This document shows, piece by piece, positions 24,713 to 34,480 of a stretch of DNA of 64,000 nt. Made by a program: the position numbers and the translations under genes. Position 1 is the first letter of the stretch; every line of letters starts with the position of its first letter. The stretch is from Tubulanus polymorphus (lineage: Eukaryota; Animalia; Nemertea): positions 12,450,275-12,514,274 of the forward strand of contig NC_134032.1 in assembly GCF_964204645.1 (NCBI RefSeq), in the 5' to 3' direction. The notes under the pieces are model-generated. The model was given only the letters and a program-made list of their open reading frames with translations, did no database searches and was not told where the DNA came from.

Positions 24713-25283
24713 TAACTAGGGGTTCAGGGAGACCATGCCCACTTGAGAAGTGGTTTCAAAAGCTCAACAATCTAACAGTTTCAATATTCAACACCCCCAT
24801 ATATACCATATACAAAAACCAATGACCTTGAAACTCACCACAATCATAGAACATGTCAGCAGCTACGATTTTGTAATTTATTGTGGTAACAAAATATGCC
24901 TAGTTACCCAAACCGTAAGGAAATACTAAGTTATTCTACTATTCAACGCCCCCTAGTGACTATATAGAATAACTAATGACCTTGAAACTCACCACAATCA
25001 TAGATCGTGGTTCCTACAGAACCATCGATATGAAATTTGAGGGGTATTTGAGGGGCTTTTGAGGGTATGTTCACCAAATTTGAGGGTCATTTTTAACGAC
25101 GAAAACCTAATTGATACACAAAACAGTACCAGTAGAATACTTGGCATGTTCATAGAACATGTCAGCAGTTACGATTTTGTAATTGATTGTGATAATAAAA
25201 CATGCCTTGGTACCTATTCAACATGGAAATACGACGGACGAAAAGTAAACGCAATAGCCCGCTGGGCTAAAGTGGGCCAAAAA
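24713..25283. mobile_element. Helentron-associated (HINE/DINE-like) non-autonomous element
   Basis: Starts aactag; internal duplicated aatgaccttgaaactcaccacaatcataga blocks; ends gacggacg...atagccccgctgggcta...aaaaa, resembling HINE end architecture. Class assignment is inference. Confidence 0.45.
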
Positions 25284-25315
25284 GGAGGATGGCAGCTTTA
25301 TAAAAGACTTTCACT

Positions 25316-26808
25316 CTACCTATCGATAGCGATGGCGTCGTCGTACGTAGGTGGTGGAGCCGGTACGACCTGTTCGTACGAGGGCGGAGGAGAGCTGTAA
25401 GCAGCAGCAGACGGATTGTTGTCTTCAGATCGTCGTCGTCGGCTCGTTTCGGCTAGTCTCGCCGGTCCCAACTCGGTCGAATAATCTAATATTCGAGGCT
25501 CGTACGTTCTCGTTTGATCTGAAATGGAAAGATTTTCGAAAAACTATTTCTTATTTCGAAACTTCGCTCTTTTAATTCAAACCCTCAGACCACTGGTGGT
25601 CATAAAACCTGGTCTATAAAACCCACCCTCGGAGTTTAAGTTCAAACTGATCAATAAATTTACCAGCCCATGCAGATGCTAACAGTGTCTAGGGTTGAAA
25701 ATAAACTGTTCTCTGAAACCAGCCTCAAAGCCCAGTTTCACAAAAAGGATTAAGGCCTAAATCGATTTAAGATAAACTGAATTAATGAAGTAAGTTTAAC
25801 CTTTTTGGAAAACGGGGTCCAGGGGTTTTAAGTTAAAACTGATCTCTGAAACCAGCCTCAGGGTTGGTTTCATGAAAAAGTTTTTAAGCTCATATCAGTT
25901 GTTAAGTTTGAATTGTTTTCCTCATTGAAAACAAGAACTAACCAATGGCAATTACACTAAAAATATTAGTTAAACTTCTTCGTGAAACTGGATCCAGGGA
26001 TAAAAGTTGAAACTGGTTTACGCAACCCAGCCCCCGTGATAAAAGTTTAAACCGGTCTATAAAACCAGTCACTGGTCTTAACCACAGGAGGATGAATTAA
26101 GTGGTTACCTTGCGGGTTAAGATGAATCGCTTGGAATGGCCGTGCTCTTTCCGAAGGCATTTCGTCCCCCATCGTCGGTCCATTAACCGTAATATCTCGT
26201 GAGGGATCACACAAGGCGCGCATCCCGCGTATAACCTTCCGTTTATACCCGATCGCGATCTTCGTGCAAATCATCGTCGGCACGGCGGCCATCAGATCGG
26301 TAACCGCGGCAACGATCGCCGGAATCGCCGCGAACGACATCATCAAATAACCGTCGCATTCTCGTTTCAACGTCGGAAACTCCTTCAATTGTTCGCCGCG
26401 GTAATCGTAACATTTCTCGGCGCCGACCGACGCGGCGATATCGCGAGCGTTCACCGAAAACCCGATCACCGTCGACGCGTACATCGTGCAGAAAAAACAA
26501 CAACGGAAATTGCGTTTTAAAAAACGCCCGGCCGGATGGTAGTAGTTCGATAAACTGATGATCAGAGCCACGGAGTAGACGATCAGCTGACCGACGTACA
26601 AGAAACCGAGGAACATCACGTAGCCTGTTTGCTCGCCGAGATAGATGAACACGATCGGTAGAATCGAAACGGCAAACGCGAGCACGTGCAAAATTGGTCC
26701 GAACGAGACCCAGTGTTTCGAACAGCACGGCAGATCGTTGACGACCGCTCGGTCGACGTCGTCCCAATTATTACGAGCATCATCACGCTGGCTCACTCTC
26801 CTAGACAT
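25316..26808 (-). CDS. Four-transmembrane protein (MS4A/CD20-like topology) with C-terminal PPxY motifs, ~300 aa
   Basis: Exons 26808-26109 and 25518-25316 total 903 nt in frame. Four hydrophobic segments; two Cys in the TM3-TM4 loop (EKCYDY...RECDG); tail SSPPPSYEQVVPAPPPTYDDAI. An acceptor lies 2 nt before the ATG, implying upstream UTR exon(s). Confidence 0.82.
25730..25995. mobile_element. Two Harbinger-like MITE remnants in the 4-TM gene intron
   Basis: cccagtttcacaaaaagg...cctttttggaaaacgggg and gggttggtttcatgaa...ttcgtgaaactggatcc, within short aaactg.tctctgaaaccagcctca repeats. Confidence 0.5.
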
Positions 26809-27560
26809 TTCTGGAAAGTCTCTTCTACTGCTGGAAAGAAAATACGATGGTTAATTCTAATCGTTTTTAATGGGATTCGAACTCGATTATTGAAGGAAAC
26901 CCGTTCAAAACCCGATTTGCTTTTAATTCAGCCTCACGAATACCTACATCTATATATCATTTTCTTCAGAAAATTATTTCCTTTCGGGAATTTGAGCCTA
27001 TGTTTAGTTTACCTGAGTTTGAAATCTTTTAGGAATGAAAAAGCGATGCAAATCGGGAAGTCATTAAAAATCGCACCGCTCAATCAACAGGTGACGGTTT
27101 GACGCAATGAAGCAGGGCACATAGATTTCTGTGCACCGTCAAGAGGGTGGCTTCGAATCCCAGCTGAGGCAACACAATTAGAATGTCAAATAGACAACAC
27201 AATCTAACAATCTAACTAGATTGTCAAATAGACAACTTGAACTTAAACATATATTTATTGTGCCGTATATAACGTTTATACATAGGATAAGACATGCAAT
27301 AAATTTACAGAACAAAACATTGAAGAATGACATTTAATATAAAGTGTATAAGGCATAAAACATATATACAAGAAATAATTAATATAGACGTAACAAGTAC
27401 CACTGGGATTATATGCATGTTTATCCTCTATTCAGTACTGTAACTGATGCACAATGAATCAGTCACAGTTGACTTGTAGAGCCAACTCCACACAGTTGAG
27501 TCTAGTCCCTGACTACAGAATCAGTTCATTTTCTGTGAGCAACTCTGAGTCAAATCTTAA

Positions 27561-28998
27561 AGGGTAACTGACACTTTTTAAAAGATTTTCTACTTTTTAC
27601 ACTAAACTATATATTATAGTATACAATAAGGCTAGGTGATTTCATAATTGGACAAATCTTTTCAATCTAGTCAGAATTCATGATTTTGATGTTCGCGCAC
27701 CTGTTCAGTGTGTACATTGCTTCTGCTGAACGCGTGGTACTGTGTCTATTAATAGAACTACGTCACTAAAGTAACGGCTCGGAAATGATGTCTATAGAAA
27801 TGAATAGGAAATAAGCTACAAGAGCAATTCAACTTAATTTTATACCTATTTGGCATTCGAATTGAGACAAAATGCCTCTTGATTTTGAAAGTCTACATAT
27901 TAATGATTATACTTAACTGTTGAATGGACCATATCCGTTCCAACTAAGCGCAAAAATAGGATTTGAATAGCAATCCATGGCATTTTCTAGTAGACAGCAG
28001 GGAACACGGATGTTTAAATCATCGTTTTGTAATATCATTTAGTGATAGTAAGTAAGATCATGGTTAGATCTAAGAATATTTTGACTAATGAACTGATGAT
28101 GAAACTTAGACAGAATTAGCCGCAAGAATAATTTCAATTCTTTTCTTGAAATATACCTCGTATTGGTAGCGGCTTTGGTCACAAAATAAGAATATTTCCT
28201 CATCCATCCTATTTTAAAACTTAGAAATAACATTTGTGAAAGATTTGTCATGTAATCTATCAAAACTCTTCTGCAGCGTGAAACTTTAATCGAAAAACAT
28301 TATTCCTTTGAATATTTGTTGTAAAGCTGTAGAAATTTATGAAAGTTTTTGTAGAGTTTTGAAGTGTTAGTTTTAAAACTAGGCCTACTTAGTCTTAAAT
28401 GACTTTGAAAAATAGTAAACGAATATGAATCTATTTATTCTTTAGCGAGATCGAAATCTGTGATTACATAAGACACTGTAGTATGCTTGTGGTGCTGAAC
28501 TATAGGTGAACTATGGAGCAGCAGTAACAGTGCTGAGAGCTTAGCATAGTGTACTTTAAAATAGCTTCATAGCAGCGGATTGAAATCTGCATCTTCAATT
28601 TGATCGATTTAGCCTATTCAAATTACTCATTGATTCTTTGAAATAGGTTTATGCAATAGACAATAGATCCTTTTAACTCCCTGGCCAGTTTCAAAGCTGT
28701 AAAACAATCTGGCATTGAGATATAACAAGAAAATACACGCAGTTTCCTCAAAATTCAACACATTTCTATAGACGCTATTTCTCAGCTCTGCCTGTAATGA
28801 CGTTGCAGCGCGCACCTGCTGATTTAGCCGACGCTGAACAGTAAGCGATGTAAACAACGAAATGAGGTCAAAAATCTTGTTACAAAATCACAAATTGCGC
28901 GTTAACTAAACATTTTGGAACAGAACGGTTGAAGATGAGTGTATAGATCAATAGAATACATCATATTTTGAAATAAAAAAAAAAGTGTCAGTTACCCT
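27561..28998. mobile_element. Non-autonomous Kolobok-type DNA transposon (1438 bp)
   Basis: TTAA target duplications at 27557-27560 and 28999-29002; perfect 19-bp TIR agggtaactgacacttttt; AG...CT termini fit Kolobok rather than piggyBac (CC...GG); no transposase ORF; splits a family-C MITE. Confidence 0.85.
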
Positions 28999-29975
28999 TT
29001 AACCCACAACTGCTGTTGGAACTGAATCCAGGGACTTCCAGCAGCACACTCAAGATCCATCAAACCGAATAAAAATTTCGCTTAAGAGATTCAATTAATT
29101 TATTCACATGATTGAATTATGATACAAATACATCTTATATAAAAGTTAGTCGTTGACACTCTTCATAAGTTGTTTTTGCTTGACTCATTCTGGAATTGTT
29201 TTCTGAATGACTGTGTATTTTTCAAAAACACAACCTTTCCATAGGCTGCAAAATAAAATCAAACATGAAAATATAGTAGATCTCTGAGATACACAAATTC
29301 CAAGAAGTTGGAGCAAGGTTTGGTCATTACAGGCAGAGTATTATGCCATCCATTCCGGCGTAAGCAGAGTTCAGTCTAAGCAATGATTCAAAATCTATTC
29401 CAGGAGTTTGCTGTGCCCTTTTGGAGATACAATGGCAATATTTTTCAAGGGCATTTATTCCCACCCGTAACTAATTAGACAGGACTCCACAGTGCAAGAT
29501 TCAGCTAATTCTTCTAATGTCCCTCAAGTTCCTAGAAGTTGTATGAAAACACACTAAAATTTCAAAATTTTCTAGATCCTTGTTTTGGCAACCTAACCAG
29601 GATCTGGTTCCACAGTTTGTGAGTTAGGGTTCACTCAAGAGTTAGAATTAGTTCATTTTCAATCACACCGAACTGTGGCACTGGGTCCTGGATACTTAAC
29701 TTGCCCTTTATCAGTGTATGCCCTTTTCATTTCTTTGTGCTCCTGTCAAAGTCTGCCCCTGGATCAATTCCTGATGGCTGCAAGGTATGCACGATAATCA
29801 AGGACAATTGACTCCTTGAGAACATGAAGAGGCAAACAACTCCAGATTAACACGGTGTCTTTTGGGGCAGGTGATAATCTGATGTGATCAGCTCCGGGAT
29901 AAACGGAGTCCAGGGTGTGCGACAATCACACGCATTAGCTCCCTGGCCAGCAGAGTCCAGGGCACAAACAATAAG

Positions 29976-30244
29976 GGGCCAGTTGCTCAAAGGATGGTTA
30001 AAGAGAACTGGGGCTGGTTCCTCAGTTGAGACTTAAGTCCAAAAATGGTCTTAGATTTTAAGATTGGTCTTAAGCTGTTAGATTGGTTATAGGCCAAAGA
30101 TAGTCTTTAACTGGTCTTAAGTCTAAGCCATGACTATGGAACCGGCCCCTGGTGGATAAATACCATAGCAACAATGGACTTTTAATTGTCACTATGTCAA
30201 CTATCCACTGGTTAACTCTAACCAACTTTTGAGCAACTGGCCCC
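29976..30244. mobile_element. Harbinger-like MITE family A containing a nested family-B MITE (30011-30148)
   Basis: Outer TIR ggggccagttgctcaaa / tttgagcaactggcccc; inner TIR gggctggttcc / ggaaccggccc with an exact CTG target duplication (30008-30010, 30149-30151). Confidence 0.85.
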
Positions 30245-31459
30245 AGAAGCAATTCGACTCCCAGGTAAATGGAGTCTTCTGCATCTCACAAGTATGAAAT
30301 CATAAGAAATCAATAAACAACGAACCTGAGAAATTTTTTCCTGTAACATTTGTCTGACATCATGGAACACCTGGTTCAACAACAGCTGCAAACCAATATA
30401 GTAGCCATCTGACTCCGAATTCTGAGAACCTATGTCATTTAATCCTCGGTTTTGACCGGGTCACCCGTTTCGAATTTTCCTGACCACTCATCTGAAATTA
30501 TAGAAAAAAGATTACAGTGACCAAATGGTCTCGCGTCTATTAAGGAACGTTTTTAGTTTTCAGTTTAGTACAATAGATGTTAATTTTATCCCGCAGACAC
30601 ACAGGACGGATTTCAAGGAGAACTAATCTTTGCGGTACTTATGATTATAGACAGAATCTTAACACACTTAAGTGTGCTGCAGCTCTTTGAACAGTAGGCC
30701 ATACACTAATTGCATAACCTTATAGAAATAAATCGAGTTCGATCCTATCAATCCTATGTGTTTCGGCCCTTGTGCGAAACATGGTACATACGTACACTAG
30801 AATCAGCTTAAACCATTTTCTTATTCACGAATAAGAAAATAAGATTCATCTTATCGCAAACCATGTTTCTATTTCGTTAGTGGTTATGGTGCTTCACCGA
30901 GGTAGGGCCTGCTGTACATGCACAAAACAAAAAGGGTGCATGCAGGGCGTTATCCTCAGTGCGGTTCGTCGGATTTGCACAACGAAAAAATTTCATGAAC
31001 GAAAAAAACCTTCACCTTCAAAACATACAAACAGAATAACATATAACAATATTTTCTAAGGAATTGAACCTAAGAAATAGTATTTTATGGTCTATCTAAG
31101 ACTGACATTATTATCATTAATTCTAATCATTAATTACTCAATTGATTACTATTATGGCTAACTAAAAATTCACTATCTAAAAATACCTTAATACTCTATC
31201 TACCCTACATGTACCTTACCCTTTAATGTATCTATATGGATTTTAGGCTGAATGAATTATCATAGCTGATAACTATAGAATAAACTGTAAATTATCATAA
31301 ACTACCTTATCAATTATCCTTTTAATTTTAGGCTGAATAAATTATCATAACTGTTAACTAGAATTAACTTAATCAACTATCATAAATTACCTTATCAATT
31401 ATCCTTTTAATTACTGTAGTAACCTTAGAAACCAGACTCGACAAGCAGCCCTGAACTTG

Positions 31460-32570
31460 GGCTTGAGAAAATGAAATACCAAAACTGAACCTCTCCGACA
31501 AATTGAGATACAAGAAACCTGAACCTAACCTGGAAACCGGTCCAGACTATGTCTGGGCTAGGCCTTTTAAAAGCAAGACCAAACCAGTAAAACCTAGAGA
31601 AAATCGAAAAACTGGATCGGACTTCTCACAACGCTGGCGTATTCGGACTGACTTATCGACACGGATTTCAACTTTTTCGGTAGTGTATCGGACTACCTTA
31701 TCGGCGCGGATTTCGACGTTTTTGGTCGCGATTTTTCGGATTAACTTAATGGACACTGGTCCAGACAAGCGATGTCTGAGCTAGGTCTTAAAAAGCAAGA
31801 CCAAACCAGTGAAACCGAGAAAAAAAATCAGCACCTTTGGAGAGTCTTCGGAAGATGAAAGATCCAAACAAAACAAACATCCAACCAAATGAGACCTCGA
31901 ACGAACCTAACTTGGACACCAGTCTTGAGAAAATAGAATACCAAAACTAAACCTCTCCGACAAATTGAATGAGTTTTCGAGAAACCTGAACCTAATTACT
32001 CGGAAACCGGTCCAGACTAGTCTGGGCTAGGCCTTTGAAAAAGACCAAACCGGTGAAACCTAGAGAAAATCTAAAAGGCAGAACGGACTTCTCACAAAGT
32101 ATTCGGACTAGCTTATTGACGCGGATTCGGCGCTTTCGGTAGCATAATTCCGACTAGCTTATCGGCACGGATTTGACACATTCGGTAGTGTTTTCGGACT
32201 AGCTTATCGGCACGGATTTGACACATTCGGTAGTGTTTTCAGACTAGCTTATCGGCACGGATACGACACATTCGGTAGTGTTTTCGGACTAGCTTCGGCA
32301 CAGATTCGAAATTTTCGGTAGCATATCGGAGTAATTTAGCAGACACTGGTCCAGACAATTGCGATGTCTGAGCTAGGTCTTGAAAAGCAAGACCAAACCA
32401 GTGAAACCTAGAAAACAATCAGCACCTTTGGAGAGTCTTCGGAAGATGAAAGGTCCAAACAAAACAAAAGTCCAACCTAAAGAGACGTGAGATACTAGAA
32501 CCTAACTTGAACACTGATCCAGACAAGCAATGTCTGGGTAGGTCTTAAAAAGCAAGACCAAACCAACTAC
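31460..32570. repeat. Modular duplicated block (2 x ~460-600 bp) with internal 41/42-bp minisatellite and five double-hairpin motifs
   Basis: cttgagaaaat..aataccaaaact.aacctctccgacaaattga at ~31462 and ~31924; sub-repeat ttcggactagcttatcggcacggatttgacacattcggtagtgt at 32102-32330. Confidence 0.85.
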
Positions 32571-33149
32571 TTTTAATTCATCTAATCTTAGTCTTTGAAT
32601 ATGTAACTTATTATCAATTATAACTATCATTAATACCTAAATCGCTGATGACTATAACTCTATCTTGCCTCTCCTTATAATTACTCTTACCCTATAACGT
32701 TAAAGGTATCTTATCCTTTAATGTATTTACACGGAATTTTTAGAATAAATAAATTAACCTTAATACTTTTTAATTTACCATTATCATAAATTACCTCAAG
32801 AACCTGAAAGCAAAATGGCCGAAGCCATGGATTAAATATCATACAAGACAGGCTTAAAAATGTGGAATATATTCACGTATATCAGTTAACATCTCTCCAG
32901 TCTTCCGATCAGTCTTCCGATAAACATCTTCAGTCATCTAATCAGTTTTCATCTCTTGCCAGTTTTCATCTTAAGTCTTCTCATCAGGTAACATCTCATT
33001 CGGTCTTCTTGTCAGTTTTCATCGTCAGTTTTCGTCTTTCCATCACTTTTCCTCTTCACATCTCTCACTTGATGAACTAAAGAACAAAAAGCCCGGCCGA
33101 AGCCAAACATTTAATAGTGCGAAAAATGAAACCAATGATGACTTATCAG

Positions 33150-33560
33150 TAGTTTTCATCTTTGGTCTTCTCATCAGTTAACATCATCATCAGTCATTGT
33201 ATCAGTTCGGTCCCCATCAGTAAACATCTTTTTCGGTCTTCTGATCGATAAACATCATCTTCGGTCTTCTCATCAGTTTTATCTTCGGCCCACATCAGTA
33301 AACATCTTTTTCGGTCTTCTGATCGATAAACATCATCGTCGGTCTTCTCATCAGTTTTACCTTCGGCCACCATCAGTAAACATCTTTTTCGGTCTTCTGA
33401 TGGATAAACATCATCTTTGGTCTTCTCATCAGATTTATCTTCAGTCCCTATCAGTAAACATCTTTTTCGGTCTTCTCATTGATAAACATCATCTTCAGTC
33501 TTCTCATCAGTTAACATCTTTTTCAGTCTTCTCATTGATAAACATTATCTTCAGTGTTCT
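33150..33560. repeat. 26-bp / 78-bp higher-order pyrimidine-rich minisatellite (left layer)
   Basis: Subunit ~tcttcggtcttctcatcagtaaacat; three variants form a 78-bp period; also present at 34230-34460 and 59795-60120. Confidence 0.9.
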
Positions 33561-33594
33561 CATCACCATCTTCAATCATCTTATCCGTTTTCCT

Positions 33595-34480
33595 CATCAC
33601 GTCTCTCGGCATTTAACCAAAGTTCCTGAACTTAAAAACAAAAAGCATGGCCAAAGCCAAACATGCGATGTTGCAAGTATTATGCTTAAGGTGTGGGCAG
33701 AGGGAGTGGAGTGTGTAAGTTTTGGGTTAATAGCTTAAGGCTTTAGATGGTTTAACAGAATATAGCTTAAGGCTTTAGGAATTTTTGTTTAGGGTATAGA
33801 GGGTATTGGTTTAAGGTCTATATGCATAGGGTTTGGGCTCAGTATGTGTAGTTTGATCAAGATTTAGTGGATAATGGATTAGAGGGTTTTTGCCTAGAAG
33901 GATTTAAGTGAATAGGTTTAGGGAATCAAGTCTGGTTTAGGGTGGGTCTAAAGAGTAAGGTTTTAGAGACCATAGGTTAACGGTATCAAGTCAGTAGGTT
34001 TGAGTTTAAAGGATCTATTTGGTTGGGGCTTAGGGACTATAGGTTTACAGTCTCAGCCATTGAGAAAGGATTTTGAAAACAAATCCGTCTTATTCCATTT
34101 AAAGCGTTTCCCAAGAAAGTGAAAAACACAATCCTGGAAAACAGAATTGTTGGCAGAAAATTCTGGACGGAAATTTCCTGAAATCTGTGAAGTGTCAATT
34201 CCAGCAACATACGTCTGTCTTCGGGCTTCGCATCAGTTTTATTTTGGTCCCCATCAGTGAACATCTTTTTCGGTCTTCTGATCGATAAACATCATCTTCG
34301 GTCTTTTCATCAGTTTTATCTTCGGTCCTCATCAGTAAATATCATTTTCGGTCTTCTGATCGATAAACATCATCTTCGGTCTTCTCATCGCTTCTATCTT
34401 CGGTCCACATTAGTAAACATCTTTCTTTTCATCAATGAACATCATCTTCGGTCTTCTCATCAGTTTTCCTCATCACATCT
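33595..34480. repeat. Diverged long satellite monomer at left array edge
   Basis: Has the same linker and G-rich half as the core array, plus a ~125-bp segment (cccaagaaagtgaaaaacacaat...gtgtcaattcc) absent from core units but present at ~59675-59790. Confidence 0.85.

Noticed and set aside
26243-27102. Alternative-frame and antisense ORFs over the 4-TM exon (174 aa, 138 aa) and similar ones over SLFNL1 exon 1
   Set aside because: Explained by the GC/CpG-rich codon usage of the real exons; Arg-rich low-information translations.
27110-27175. tRNA or tRNA-derived SINE (cttcgaatcccagctgaggca)
   Set aside because: Only an imperfect B-box; no A-box or cloverleaf could be built.
31541-32562. CRISPR-like repeat-spacer array or histone stem-loop
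   Set aside because: Eukaryotic context with no cas genes; spacers are duplicated rather than unique; the hairpin does not fit the 6-bp/4-nt histone stem-loop or its flanks.
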